Part shown: piece after piece, positions 42,712 through 60,738 of the stretch
Numbering within the stretch: the stretch's first letter is position 1
Layout of the letters: each line of letters begins with the position of its first letter
Assembly (NCBI GenBank): GCA_964016885.1
Contig: OZ024742.1
Span: 54,746,001 to 54,810,000 of the forward strand
Length of the DNA: 64,000 nt
Reading direction: 5' to 3'
Source: Eledone cirrhosa
Lineage: Eukaryota
The notes under the pieces: generated by a model
The model's input: the letters and a program-made list of their open reading frames with translations, nothing else
Told to the model about the DNA's origin: nothing
The model's database searches: none
Translations under genes and position numbers: made by a program

Positions 42712-44352
42712 ATGCGCCCGCGCAGTCCATCGGTCCACCTCCCTCACCCCACACCCCCGCACCCCCAACTACCGTCTCACCTTCACCTACCACTCCTCCA
42801 CCCTACCCCTCCACCGCACCATCCTCCGCTTCTTCCGCGCCCCCAGTCCGACCCCCCTCCTCTTATGTACACACCCACAACACCCCCCTTCAAGCGCGCG
42901 CGCAACCTTCGCAACCTCCTCGTCTGCAGCTCCCTACCCCCATCCCCCGGTTCCCTTCCCTGCTCCAGATCTCACTGCTAGACCCGCCCCCACATCACCA
43001 ACACCACCACATTCCAGGGTCCCAACGGCCACACTCTATCTGTCCGCCATGGCTTCCGCTGCACCTCCTCCAACCTCGACCACGGACTTCGCTGTACGCA
43101 GTGCATCGCAACCTACGTCGGACAGACCGGACCTCAAAGATATTCGTCTTGGCGGGAGTTCCCCCATCGCCCGCCATATTGGTTCCCCTGGACATTGCGC
43201 CCACCACCTCACCGTCTGTGGCCTGATCCAATGCCATGGGACCCCCGCCATCCGCCTTAGGGTCAAGGAACACACCATCTTCACCCTACAGACCCACACA
43301 CCATCCGGTGAACTCCCCACCTCCTTCCTTTAGCCTTTGACCGCCCCCCTCCCCGACACACACCCCCTACTAGCACCACTAAAACACTCCCAGGTTTCAC
43401 CGTCCCCTCCACTCCCAGCCATCCCCACCTCCTTGGCCCACCCCACAACTAAAACTAGACCATCTCTAACACCTGTCCGTCTGCCTTCCTCCCTACCACT
43501 GCCTGCTTGTCACCTTCCTACTGCTATTTCCTTCATCCCTCCCACATCCTTCGCCCGGCCTTGACCCTCTAAACACTTCCTGTTACGCGCACACCCCACA
43601 ACTCTCTACTTCCTCAATACACTGTCAAGGATTCTACACCACTGGTCCACCGCTCTAGGTATCCACCCTGCTATACTCGGAATTTTCAACATCCATTCCT
43701 ATACTCTGCTGGAAAACATCCAGGAACACATACACAAACACTTACACTATTTTCGCACACACGCAACCATACATCCACACCATACAAAAATACACACACA
43801 CGTACGTATCCTCACATTCACACACTCGGCCTCCGGACGACTCCTCTCCCCACCCCCTCTGTCCCCTCTCCATCCACACGCACACACACACACTGATTTT
43901 CACCCCACCCCATGTACACACTGGTTTCCCTATTACCCGAACATGGAACCTCGTTCTTACCCAAAATCTCACACTCACATCCGCACATATACACACACAC
44001 GTACACCTACACGCATTCACACACACCACCTTCCCGCTCGGACCCCCTGTCTCCTTCTCCCCTCTACCCTCTCCATCCAACCACCACACCACACGCCTCA
44101 CACCCTTTCACCACTTGTTTCATTTTAATTTTTTTTACCCTCTAAAAATGTTTTTTCCTCCCCTTTCCACTCTTTTAATGTCTTTCCACGACTCCCCCCG
44201 CACACCCTCCGAACTCTTTTCCTGCCCACCTTTCTCCTGATGAAGTGCTTGTGCCCGAAACGTCATTTTCCACCCCACTCTCAAGCGTGAACCTAATACT
44301 AACACTTTGTACTGCACTCATCGCTTTGTTTTTCTTTTCTGTTTTAACTATC
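42712..44352 (+). mobile_element. 5'-truncated Neptune-like PLE (linker, GIY-YIG, C-rich UTR, pLTR with HHR at 44234-44264)
   Basis: FKRARNLRNLLVCSSL..PCSRSHC..FRCTSSNL..YVGQTG..PIARH..GH..LTVCGL..IFTLQT; CTGATGA A GTGC TTGT GCCC GAAA CG TC. Confidence 0.8.
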
Positions 44353-44398
<46 letters not shown>

Positions 44399-44643
44399 GG
44401 AAAATGGCTGACCTCATACAGTTTTAACAGCTAGGTGTTAAAATGGAAGGAGCTCAGCCGTCGGGTTCCGAATTTTTCATATTACACACTCTACTAACCC
44501 AAGTATCGAGTAATCTGGTGAATCATGGTAAAACTGATTTTTACCGCTTCCATTCTGATATACATACATACATATATATACATATATGCACGCACACACC
44601 TATATATATATATATATATATATATATGTTTACACACACATAT

Positions 44644-44791
44644 ATATAAGGAAAAAAGATGAAATCGAAAATACAACTGGAGTCTTATTTTAAACAAAAT
44701 ATATCTATTTATTTGGTTCCAAATAAATATATATATTTTTAAAAAAATAAGACTCCAGTTGCATTTTCGATTTCATCTTTATTCCTTATAT
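44644..44791. repeat. ~150 bp palindrome with almost no spacer
   Basis: aagatgaaatcgaaaatacaactggagtcttatttt is mirrored as aaaataagactccagttgcattttcgatttcatctt; centre ttgg-tt-ccaa. Confidence 0.85.
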
Positions 44792-44847
44792 TTCACTCGT
44801 GTAGGACACCTCGGTTATTTTTCATTATGTAAACAAACCTCACTTTC

Positions 44848-44905
<58 letters not shown>

Positions 44906-47900
44906 GTAATCAATGGAAAATATATCACTATAGCATCATAATTTATTTTGTTATATATATTTCAAGGGTACTATGTTATAGTATGCCTTCTTTAGACAAA
45001 ATACAATATTAGATGTACAAAAATGTGACATACTCATAAAAGAGATCGCTTTCGATCAATTCCAAATGGGCACGTATGTATATATGTATGTATATATGTA
45101 TATATATATATATGAGTACCTGTTTGTGTTTGTGAGAGAGACTGATGCAAGGCCAGAGACTAGTGTATGCACTTAATGCAATCGTTACCAACCCGTTTTT
45201 TTTTTATTTCTGTCTTGAGAGTCGTAATATTGGCTCTGATATTTCAAACATATTTTTTTCCTGGGAATGCCTGTTTCAAGCATATATACCATCGTACTTG
45301 ACCCTCTGCTGCGTTAAACGGCCTGTTCAGGCTAAACTAATCTACATATAGTCGCCTACTTTATTTTGTTCATCATGCTTATCCACAGCTGAATATTTGG
45401 TGCAATATCAGCATCGTAATATCTAAGTGCTTCTACTTGGAGCAGTAAATGGGGGTTTTCGATGTGATGGACGTCAGATATTTAGTTAGATATTCATTTT
45501 GATTTCGACAGCTACATATAGGACCGACCGTTCCACTCCGATATCCTTTGCTCTCCCTGTATAGAAACCTGGCTGGAACATGTGCCTCAATCATAACCTT
45601 GCACAACTATTTCGACAGGATAATGTCTATAACTGAATTTGTTACAATTTTTTAGACTCAGCAATCAATATTCAATCAATAGGGAATCTTTTTATGTAAC
45701 AATATAATTTATTTTTATAATTCATTTACGCATGGAAAGGGATTGGTTTCCACCAGGTTTTAAATGCCAAAGACTCACTGTATGTCCCTAATGCGACCTT
45801 ACGACTCCATCGGGAGATGCGTTTTATTCATAATTCATTTAATTGTAGAAGTATGGTATTTTATATACTCGTTAAGTGGCTTATATCAGGCTTCATCCTT
45901 TGATGTACTTTATTGTGGCTTTCCCTGTCATTTCTTTTAATGCCCAAGTAAGTTTTAGTTTATCATTCATTCCACCTCTATTTTAGTTATGGGATATTAA
46001 TACTTTGTATCAATTCTACCGAATAAACATTCCATAATCATTAAGTTATCGATGCTGAAACGATGATGACTGTATGTTTATTATGCTAGGGATAGTAAAT
46101 ATATCATCGGTGGCATAGCGTAAATATTTGAAGGTCACATTCAGTAACATATTATAACTTACTCTGATAAAGAGGGCGATCACGTTAAATATTATTTTGA
46201 TATCTCTTTTACTCTATACATTTTGTTAATTGATATAACACCAACAAATCGAAGAAAGATATTTCTCATAATTCATTTTTAATTAAATAAATTTTAATAA
46301 ATGCATCACTCTTTGTCAATTTTCATTTAAATGATACATGTCAGTGTAGGCGATATGGTGCTCGCTCAAGGAGAAATCTTCATGTGAATATATACATCCT
46401 AATTTGTTTTCTATGAAGAGTAGTTCATAATTCTATTTCATTTACAAGAAAATATTGAATGATAATATTTTATGAACGGGATGATATTGCATATTCAATT
46501 TAATCTAACAAAATATAATACAATTGTCAAAGCTTAAGTTAATTAACTCGGTCCACGAATGACATAGATTTCCTGGTGTAACACTGATATTTAATTTCTG
46601 GCTTTTGCTATAAATTAATTCAAAATTAATTCTATAGACCAACATAACAATCATAACTACACACTGGAAACGAACGCTCAGCTTTAATCTTAGATATGAT
46701 TGGGATAAGATTTAAATGACTTACGTTGAAATATCTTATTCATCATTACTAAATCGATATAATTTCAGATAGTATATGGAAATAGTATTGAAATGAAGTG
46801 ACTGCTGCTTTACTTAAATCCTCGCAGACATATAGATATCAGCAGTATACCACCATGCACTACGCGGTATATTCGCTCATATATAAAATAAAACTATGCA
46901 ATGGAATGTTATTTGAACTCTAGTACAATTGGTTTGCAACAATTTATCGGGCATATCCGACCTCACAACCGTTAATTACAGTAATTTTCAATCCACATTT
47001 GAAATTTAAAAATAAAATAAATGTATCCTATTCATTGTCCTAAATACTTTAGTATCATAGCTAGATCATCTGGTTTTTGACAAAATACAATTGTGTTCGT
47101 TACATACTATCTATAATATTAACAATTCAGTTAGTTTAATGTCACATTCATCTATATTTAGTGAATGACATTCAAATATATTCGGCGGTTTTTAAATTCC
47201 GTTTGAATATTACAGAAAGTCGACTTGCGGTTACCGCATTAGATTAAACATTTCTTTTACACATTCACATGAGCAGCTTATTCTCAAATTTAAATGTATT
47301 TTAATTAATCGTATTGATACTGAGTATAAAAATTCACATCAGGAAGGATTAAAAAGCTTGTATGTATATTTATTTTGTAGTTCTTATACACATGATTTCT
47401 GTTTAGTATGGTTTATAAATTTCCATTGAGACTGAAGTTGACATATCACTACATGTTCATTTGTCGACCCACAAGAAATGGTGCTATTTTTATTCAATTA
47501 TATCTTGCATTCTTTAGGGGTATTCTAGGAAGCAAAATATGATAAAAATGACATTCAATTTAAAATCTATTTACATTTGTTTTTTTTTACCATTATTCAA
47601 TTGAGTAGGGGAATTTATATAATTACTGGTGGTTTCACATATATCCTGGCTGGCATAAAAAAAGAAATTTAACTGATAAAAGAAGTAACTGTTGATAATG
47701 TTTGGCTGTTGCAATATTGTAGATGCAAGATAGCCTTATCTAAAATCTATCGAAATCGCTCAGACTATATTACTCAGAAAAGGTTAGAACACCCCAAAAC
47801 GTTCACTCCATTCTCACTATATCAAAAGTCTTTCACACACCCTATTTATTATTAATATATTTTCTATGTAGTGAGATGTACTAACGACATGCTATAGCAA

Positions 47901-48449
47901 GGGAATATTCGCATATCTTAGCGTAACGGATATGTTAATGTGAAAGTTTATAGAAAATACATTGAGTGTAACTGAGAGGAAAAATTAAGTATTTATATCG
48001 AATCTTCACAATTGTTATTTGAATCACCGATATAGTACCAAAACATGTATGATATATAAGTTCCAAATATTTTAGGAGAGAAAAATGAGAAAGAGAACAT
48101 GAAACGAAAATAATAATTTCTAAGATGTGGTAGATAGTCATGGTTTGGTTTGACTGTCCCAGGTCCTCAAGTATACAGGACATAATCATATCCATGGAGA
48201 GGAACCAGCGGTACGCAGAAAACAGGTATTCTTCCCAATAGAGCTGCTTCTTCCCAAGTTGGGTGTAGCAACCGGCAGTCGGGGAGACGAGCACATCGGA
48301 TGATCTCAATGCTTGCCCGCACAAAACCAAAATTGTCGTTTATTGCTTTGCATGTTTTTAACAGCAATATCTTAAATGTGAGGTGAAATTTCTAAACCAA
48401 TGATCTGAATGTTCAATCTAACCAAACAACTATATGAGTATATAAATTT

Positions 48450-49772
48450 CAGACACGGAACTCTGGATTAACACTAAAGACAAGAGAGCCCAAATTCTCC
48501 ACTCACACTACGCTAAACCTATGGCCTCTAAATATCTAGCAAAGTCCAGTAGTGCTAAATTTAATATTCTGATTGCAGACTTGGTACGAGTGATGAAGAA
48601 CGTGTCCCATATGTGTGACCCAACAGAAATGGAAAGACACATCCAACACTTCATCAACCGCATGCAGTTCTTTGGCTACAACCAAAGAGACAGAATCAGA
48701 GTATACGAAGGAGCCACGGAGAAGTATAAGACCCTCATAGAACTAGACATGAAAGGAATATGCCCATTATACAGGAGCAAATCATGGAATAGCTTAGATA
48801 GGACTAAACATAAGATAGGGAAAGCCACCTCATGGTACAACATCCAGAAATACCAGAGTGTCATGTTCGTGAACGCTACCCCTGGAGGGAAATTAGCTAA
48901 CCAGTGTAGAAAAGCCCTGAGGAAGACCCACCTAAAGATTAAGGTGGTAGAAAAGCAAGGAACCACCATAAAATCCCTGATCAGCATAACATACCCTACC
49001 CTTTTAAGAAAACCCACTGTATTAATAGGAAATGCATTATATGTAAAGTAAACCCCCGGATAAACTGTAAAACTAGAAACGTAGTCTATAGCATAAGATG
49101 TACAGAGGGTACTTGCAGAAACATGACACCAACATACATAGGCGAGACAGATCGTAGCATAGGTGAAAGGATAGACCAACACTGGAGGGAACTAAAAGGA
49201 AGAAAAACGGTACAGTAATTTACGAACACGCCAGACAACAACATGACGGTAACATAGACAACATAGAAATTAAAATAATATCTAGACATAGAAATGACCC
49301 AGCAGATAGGCAAATCAGAGAGGCAAGTGAAATAGAACTTAGAAGGCCAAAGCTAAACAGAAAAAATAAATGGAATAACAACAATACCCAAACAAACAAT
49401 ACTGACTTTAGAGAAATATAAATAAATAAATAAATAAACAGATTAAATAAAGATGGCGTAGACATACAATACAACAGGAGGAAACATAATAGCACCACTG
49501 ACGATGTTGCAGATGTGCAACGAAAGAACTTTGTTAGACTATATATATGTGTTTGGGTCTATATTATATCTGCATTTTTCACCTTTGGTCAGTCAATGGC
49601 AAACATTGAGGACCGAATAAATTAACTGATATAAAATATACAGAAGCGAAAACCAACCAAACAATGAGTGTGTTCTGTTATTAATTCTGGCAATATTATT
49701 ACAACAATATTACCCTCCCCAAGTATAACAATATTTGTTTCGACACACGATTTCATATAAAAGAGCTCGCAA

Positions 49773-49778
<6 letters not shown>
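48450..49778 (+). mobile_element. 5'-truncated PLE related to the 9860-13848 family, HHR variant at ~49496-49533
   Basis: DTELW..HYAKPMASKYL..ILIADLVRVMKN..PLYRSKSW..FVNATPGG..YIGETDRSIGER. The pLTR ends in the ORF-start homologue accctccccaagtataacaat, then (TA)n. Confidence 0.88.
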
Positions 49779-49825
<47 letters not shown>

Positions 49826-49963
49826 TTAAGGATACTATTTATGGTTATGTATATACTAAAACCTTTTATAGTTATATATTTATTATACCCTAAATAGTGA
49901 AAGACACCAGTAAGATAAGTAGCTCAATGTAACAACATCAGTTGTTTTACAGAGCAGTTATAT

Positions 49964-53047
<3,084 letters not shown>

Positions 53048-53102
53048 CATATATATATATATACATATATATATGTGTATATATTCATATATACATAACT
53101 TA

Positions 53103-53187
<85 letters not shown>

Positions 53188-53325
53188 TGTGTGTGTGTGT
53201 GCGTGTGTGTGCGTGTGTGTGTGTGTGTGTGAGTGCACCTGTAGCACTGAGACAGAGAGGTAAAGAGACTCATGTTATGAATTATTATATATTACCCTCA
53301 AGCACAAACATCGCATTAACACATA

Positions 53326-53373
<48 letters not shown>

Positions 53374-53513
53374 TATACATTCATACATACCTATCTACAT
53401 ACACCACTAAATACATGCACGTATATATATATACATACAAACATATATACATAGATATACATACATACATACATACATACATACATACATACATACATAC
53501 ATACATACATACA

Positions 53514-53545
<32 letters not shown>

Positions 53546-54211
53546 GACACATACATATATAAAATCATACATACATATATACATATATGCAGACATACAT
53601 ACACATATTACTGCTGGATTGAAGTAGTAATTAATTTACTTCTAAAAGAAAGGAAATATGAACAAAACTGTTCTAATTGATTTATAACCTACGTTGTTGT
53701 AAATGTGTCTATAAATTATGCGCGCCGAATATTGTTAAATTACAGAGAAGGTATAAGAATTCCAATTATATCCTAACAATGATTGCAGAACTATAATTTC
53801 GGAATTTATTCATTAGACTTCAGTGTACTGTGTGAAATGTAAACCTCATTTAAAAGTTTTACACAGAAAATCATCAAATGTAGATCTCTGAATGTTGTGA
53901 GTAATATCAAAATAAAAGAAACATTAGTTCTAAATCAGTGAAAGATATCAATGTTATACTCATCGTTTTTTATTAGTTTATTCAATTCAATTACTATAAA
54001 GTGGACAACTAGAGATAACTGCTTAACTTTCTGCCATCATATTGCCACCAGTACTTCTATAGTGAAGCGTATAGCTTATTTCGCCGATTAACTTCGGTCA
54101 AACCACTGAGTTCGGAACACCTAGTAGACTATTATAAATATATATATATATAATAATAATAAGATAATGATACAAGGACGATTTGTTAAACCTACATTAC
54201 GTTAATTGATT

Positions 54212-54296
54212 GGTGACGCGCGTTTCGCTATTGATCAGCCGAAGGTTCAATCGATATCGATTTGGCCCAGCTCTGCAATCAAGAGCTCGTTGGACC
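54212..54296 (-). ncRNA. Hammerhead with decayed core
   Basis: GGT CCAACGA GCT.TTGAT...ATCAA.AGC GAAA CGCGCG TC ACC. Confidence 0.6.
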
Positions 54297-54304
54297 TCTG
54301 CTGT

Positions 54305-54365
<61 letters not shown>

Positions 54366-54373
<8 letters not shown>

Positions 54374-55075
54374 GTAAATTAACGGAGGCATAGGCCGTCG
54401 TTATTCCCTGTAAATAATGTGCTCAAAGGGGAAGAGATCCTGAGCCCTTTAGAATATAATATGTTGAGAAGGTAACACACCAGAGAGAGATATATAGTGC
54501 GTTATCAATAATACAGGGAAAAAACCACCAGTGTATGGAATCTATAACCTATGAAAGGCAGACTATAGACACGATAATTAAAAATATAAATTAAAGCGTA
54601 AATAAATACCTCTATAACTATATAACACACGTACAAATCCAGAGATATGTTTCGCCAGAAAATTTGTTGAAAGAAATGGTAGTCTCGGTTCATCAGCATG
54701 TGTAAGGCTATACATTTCAGACAACACTAAGAGAATTTTACAATTGACTGTCCAGCTACACGTGGGAGAGAGAAGTCACAGCGTATTTAAGGGCAGTGAA
54801 CCAGTGGCCTCTGAGAGACGAACTGCTAGAAAGGGCAGCCCAAAGCCACTCAGAGAAGAGTGCTCAACCAAACAGAGATAGGAAAGGCTGTTGTTACGAG
54901 CGAAATATCACGATAAATTAACGGAGGCATAGGCCGTCGTTATTCCCTGTAAATAATGTGCTCAAAGGGGAAGAGATCCTGAGCCCTTTAGAATATAATA
55001 TGTTGAGAAGGTAACACACCAGAGAGAGATATATAGTGCGTTATCAATAATACAGGGAAAAAACCACCAGTGTAT
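54366..55075 (-). mobile_element. Partial tandem (~540 bp unit plus 170 bp repeat) non-coding element between (TA)n tracts, with an HHR-like motif at ~54640-54697
   Basis: 54366-54535 is nearly identical to 54906-55075; minus strand CTGATGA ACC...GGC GAAA CATATC TC. Confidence 0.75.
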
Positions 55076-55078
55076 TAT

Positions 55079-55137
<59 letters not shown>

Positions 55138-55139
<2 letters not shown>

Positions 55140-55542
55140 GGTGGCTGCCAACTCGATTTCGAGTACGGCCAATACTTTATAGCCATGTAGAAGTACCCCT
55201 ACCGATGCGCTGAACAAGTGTGACTTTTTAGTCCAGCCTGCGACATGAAAACACTGGTACAAATACTACACTTGTGACAATTATTGACACATAGTGCTGG
55301 GCCCATGGTACCATGTGACGACAAGTGCAGAGAGATCTCCAGATATAAAGCAATGCCTGTGCCGTGAAGCTTTTATAGTGAGCAAAGGCACTGCACAAAG
55401 CCTGTCCAACTCTCTTAACCAAGATGATATTTACCAAAAAGAAGAATAAGTCAACATCATTGGATACCATCAGGGTTGCAGGTGTTATATCAGAGTTTTC
55501 CTTCTCCTAGAATTCTGCCTTGACAAAGGCTAAGGGGTCATC
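55138..55542 (-). mobile_element. Second copy of the bipartite RTE derivative (5'-truncated)
   Basis: Highly similar to 32962-33366. Confidence 0.85.
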
Positions 55543-55974
55543 TATATATACACACATATATATAGTTAGGGAAACAGAACATCGCTTATTGTAATCCACT
55601 TCGTGCTTAAGAAAGCCAGGTTCATGGACGGTTTCAACGTACGGTTAGGAGTAACTCCACAAGTTTGTAAGAATCACGTTCAATCTTGGAGTATAAAGGA
55701 TAAAAGAGAAAACACAGGTAAGCATTAAAAAAAAAATTTATCCAGGTATTTACGACCGTTTCAATGATAAGTGCAACCTTATATTGCTATACTGCAAATA
55801 TCAACCACTCCATAATGATTGTTGTACACGTCCAAATTTTCAAAATGGTGAATAAGTTACTCTTAAAAAGTTCTTAATATATAGAAAAACATTTTTTGGG
55901 AATTGTATTTACTAGTATAGAGAGAGAGGAAAAGGAATTACAACGTGGATTGACAAACGTAGTAGTATAGAGAG

Positions 55975-56170
55975 AGGTATACTCACCGTTACGCAATGAA
56001 ACATTCCCAGCATCGTTATGTAACTAACCTTGCGAACAAGACCAGCCAACTGAGGGAAAGTAACCATCAATACACCCTGAAGTGGAAAACATTATCGAAC
56101 GCGCCCCCATATCGGAGTGGTATGAAAAGCTGTCGGTTATGTGACGTTGAACTGTTCCACATTTTGAGTT
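55975..56170 (+). pseudogene. Naiad-like GIY-YIG fragment
   Basis: KHSQHRYVTNLANK..YTLKWK..APPYRSGMKSCRLCDVELFHILSS; paralog of 31175-31370. Confidence 0.8.
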
Positions 56171-56184
56171 CGCATACATACATA

Positions 56185-56277
56185 CACAAGGCCAGCAATT
56201 ACCCAGTTCATTACTGGTACTTTATTTTATCGACCCCGTAAGGATGAAAGGCAAAGTCAACCTCGGCGGGATTTGAA
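56185..56277 (-). mobile_element. tRNA-derived SINE, 3' part
   Basis: Reverse complement of the central domain and tail. Confidence 0.85.
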
Positions 56278-57175
56278 ATATATATAATAAAGTATATATT
56301 GTGATTATGAGCATATTTTTCATTTGTTAACATTTTGAATTATATATATATGTATATATATATATATACAAGAGACTTCGTCAGGCTCCAACTACTAATT
56401 TCAACTCACAAGTCAATGTTAAATCCGAATCATCCTACACGTTGCTACGCGTTGGGACGGAACCCAGAAGACCGTGCCCGTGAATTCAAATTCTTACTTA
56501 GAGATCAATACCTACGTTTATATTAATACATGTATATGTGCACTGATGATGACTGTGGTTATAAAATATTCATGATTATCCTATCGTGTGTAGCCTTTGT
56601 TATTAAACCCCAACTATATTCATACGAACGGGATTTGGAAGTAAATAGAACTAATTTCCGATAGAAATTATTTAGATAAATACAGCTAAATCTTTAATTT
56701 ATATCGATTTTATTGTAAACGCAATTACCAGATGGAACGCTTCAAGGCGGTCTTTTCTGATATGGATGAAATACCATTTATGTAATTAAAAATTCTTTGA
56801 TTGAATTATATAAATCTACATAAACAATCATATATGTAAATTAATAAACATATGGTTTCATGAACAAATTAGATTCATAATTGCGACAACGCAGACACAT
56901 ATTTATATATTCTGATGCAAAAGATGTTTTTCTATTATATTTATATGTATCTATTTCTTTAGTTACTGATCTATTTAACATATATTTGTCTGTCTGTCAA
57001 TCTACGGATCTATCTGAATATATATATATATATATATTCAGGTTTGAAGGTTCACCACTGGATAGAACTGGTCAATTCCGTATGGTCAATATTAATGTAA
57101 TAATATGGAGAGTACTCAACGTAAAGCAATTCAACCGTCTTCGTTTTTGTAGTTGGTGGTGCTAGTACTGAGTTA

Positions 57176-58388
57176 AATATTATAATAAAATGACAGGAGG
57201 CTAGACTTGTGTAAATCCTTGAAAGATTTATTATACTATGATCATTTCAACGACCGGGTTCCGTATGAATCCGGTGATATCATCAGGTATTCGAAATATA
57301 ATAAATGAATGTAATAGATAAAATCCATGGGGCTGAAAATCAAAGACCGGAGGACGACCGACCATCTAACATCTTTCACTTTAGCCGATCGCCCTCAAGT
57401 GCTGGCTATTCCGTCTACTTGAGGCTATCTGGTGAGGGGGCTAAAGCTTATAGTGTGCTACTACCCTCCCGGTCAAATAGAAGAAAAACAGAAAGGGAGA
57501 GGTAGATAAGTCAGCGTTAATATCATGCTACAAGAAAAAAGACAGAAAGAAGGGGGAAGAAAAGGAAGAAGAAGAAAAGTCAGCGTTAATGTCGAGCTAC
57601 AAGAAGAAAGACAGAAATAAAGAGGAAGAAAAGTCCGTACTTATGTCAAGCTACAGTTAGGCCAGGAATGGCGCGAAAAAAAAAAATTATTCTAAAGGAC
57701 CCGTATCTTAACAGAGGTATATATTATAGCAGAGGTAAATATAGTTGGGTCTGCATGTTATAATGTGTGAGCAGAAGATTGGAACGTTAAATTTTTGTTT
57801 AGATTTATAGGATGAAGTTACAAAAGTTTAATATTTAATATTAACATTATAAAATTAAAGAAATTAGAAAATTGAAAATTAAACAGTTTAAAATTTTTAA
57901 CGTTTTTGTTGCGAGGTTTAAGTAAAGAAAGAGTCTTTTATGAAGAAACTTAAATTGTATTATAGAGTAAAGATTAAGTCTTTGTTTAGCAGTCAAACAG
58001 CATGCAGCGACTGCAGGTTCCGGCCAGCCCATCCTAACCGCGTGTCAGCATTCCGAGTGAGATCGCCTAGCGAAAGATATGGTAATCAATTTTCCTTTCT
58101 GTTTTTCTTCTATTTGACCGGGAAGGTAGTAGGACACTATAAGCTTTATCCCCCACATCAGATAGCCTCAAGTAGACCGAATAGCCAGCACTTGAGGGCG
58201 ACCGGATAAAGTGGAAGATGCTAGATGGTCTTTGATTTTCAGCCCCATGGATTTTATCTATTACATTCATTTATTATATTTCGAATACCTGATGATATAT
58301 CCGGATTCATACGGAAACCGGTTATTGAAATGATCCTAGTATAATAAACCTTTCAAGTATTTACACAAGTCCAGCCTCCTGTCATTTT

Positions 58389-58400
<12 letters not shown>
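57176..58400. mobile_element. Head-to-head HHR-bearing element (arms 57176-57496 and 58094-58400)
   Basis: Minus HHR 57233-57290: ATAC CTGATGA ..ACCGG..CCGGT.. GAAA TGATCA TA GTAT; plus copy at 58285-58342. Confidence 0.85.
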
Positions 58401-58441
<41 letters not shown>

Positions 58442-58824
58442 GAAGGAAGTGTGGTAAGGAACCAGGTGGACCATAACGCACCAGAGTACTCGACGAAACT
58501 TAGGGTAGTAGAGTGGGTAATAGGAAAATAGTCAGGAACCCGACGGCTGAGCTCAGCCGTCGGGGTCCTGACTATTTTCCTATATATATATATATTGGTG
58601 AAGGTTAAAATGGGCACGGTTATGTGCTATAAAACAGTTCTAGTCCACAGAAGCCATTTCGATATTAAATTTTATTGCATACACTCTTCTAATATTTTGA
58701 GTACCTTATTTTTTTCTGGTTACCCCCGATTTAACCGGGGACTCAAACAAACGCACATACACATACAAACACACACGCAGACTCACAAACATACACAGAC
58801 AGACAGAGTGACAGAAACCCAGAC

Positions 58825-58885
<61 letters not shown>

Positions 58886-59789
58886 TATACATACAAATAT
58901 ATATGATTACTTTTCAAAAAACATAACCAAAACACATTTAAATAAATAATCTAGTAAGGTGCACTGTAAAGTAGGTTTCTGGCTATATGATGTGTAGAGT
59001 AACTGCATTATAAGAACATTTAAACAGCATCTGGAAACGTGTTAACGAGAAACAACAAGAGGACAGAGTTAATTTTCAAAATACAATCAAAGTATATAAC
59101 CAGAAACCACATTTCTCCACTTTCAGATCTCGTTGATATTCATAATTCGAAGCACACCACGGGATTCTAAGTGTCATAATGTGTTTGTTTAAATTCTAAG
59201 TAGCGATATTTTTTCCGGATGATTGGCCTGAAACACCAAGAAAAAAATGGTCCTGCTTGAGGACACAACACTTCGCTAGTAATTGCATCGTATCTTATTT
59301 TATGATTCAATATTTGTTAATAATATAATATATACCTATTTCTCTATTTTCATTTCTCGTTTCCGCTACTATGTTTTGTTAAATAACACTTATCAATTTA
59401 TTAGTTAATATCTTTCAAGAATTGTGTTTAATCCATATAAAATGTTCGTGATGAGTAGATAGGTATTTCAGCACAGACTTAAATTTCGTTAGATGTATCA
59501 CAATATTTCTGATCTATGAAAGCTATAACATGAGATGATAAGAGTTTCTTTCCACTTTACAGATATTAAACGGTTTATTAAAATGATATATTTACCTTTA
59601 ATTTCAAAATAACATGAAATCGTAATTAGTATGTGCAACATAGTTCTGTTTGTATAACACTTAGAATTAAAGGGCAACAACATTAACATTTCAGTTTCTT
59701 CTTGATATCTGAGAATTTATCGATAAAATGCACATACTTTGAGACAATATAGCGCACCAAATGCAAAACATTAAAGCCACTAACTTGCA

Positions 59790-59975
59790 AGGAATTACAG
59801 AGAAGAGGAGAGAGATTGATGTTGCTTTTTAATTTTTGCAAATTGTATTGGTTGGAATGGCAAGAAACTGCAGGAGAATTCCATAGGCGAGATGATTGAG
59901 TTAAAAAACTACCAGAATAAAATTTGCGTTTGCAATCAGGAACTCCAACTGTAAATGGAACAGACCTATACCCCG
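59790..59975 (-). pseudogene. CR1/Jockey-group LINE 3' end
   Basis: FYSGSFLTQSSRLWNS...YNLQKLKSNIN. Confidence 0.65.
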
Positions 59976-60738
59976 ATGTGGTACTTCGTTTAAACTCATG
60001 TAGAGTCCAACAAAGAGGAAAGCTCTTAGCATTACAAAAAGCAATTTCCATGAAAATATTTCCGAAAGAGATGAATAGATGCTTATTCTGAAAGAGAAAT
60101 GCGGCAGTAAATTAACTAGTGTTGCATGGCACATTCTGCCTTATCGTTCCCAATAATAAATAGGTCGTATACACATTAAACATTTACCAATTAGTGATTT
60201 GAGTGTATTTGAAGTAGAAAGAAAAAACATCATGTAAAATGAATTTCACTATACTTAATCAAATGTCAATCAGGATGGTTGATTTATTTTTAGGATTTGT
60301 ATAGTAATTACAATGTTAATTTTTTTGTTTCACTTGGAAAATAAGTATTTGGAAAATCAAATTTGGAAAATTTTAAATTAATTATTTGAAAATATATTTA
60401 AGAAGACGAGAATAAAGAGATTGTTTTCACTTACAGAATTTTCACAATTTAGTCAAATGTCATTTTCAGGCGACCACTTCAAGCAATAAATTCTATTTTC
60501 GCTCCATCATTGTGGAAAAAAACCTAATCTCTACCTTGTATTTTATCTATTGAACATTTTTGATATAGCGAAAGTTGACAAGCGAAGATGTTTTACTGAT
60601 GGGATAGAATGAGACCGAAACACACACACACACATAAACACATAGATACATACATACATACATACATGATGGCTTCCCCCTCGTTATCGAGTATGGCTAT
60701 TGCACGATATACCATTATTAATAATTATTAATTAATTC

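Noticed and set aside
47935-48367. Possible host exon in a GC-richer patch
   Set aside because: No recognisable protein motif in any frame and no supportable splice structure. A host gene with long introns cannot be excluded.
57505-57655. Three ~60-70 bp imperfect repeats resembling a CRISPR-like array
   Set aside because: This is eukaryotic DNA with degenerate repeats and similar purine-rich spacers; it is a simple minisatellite within the element.
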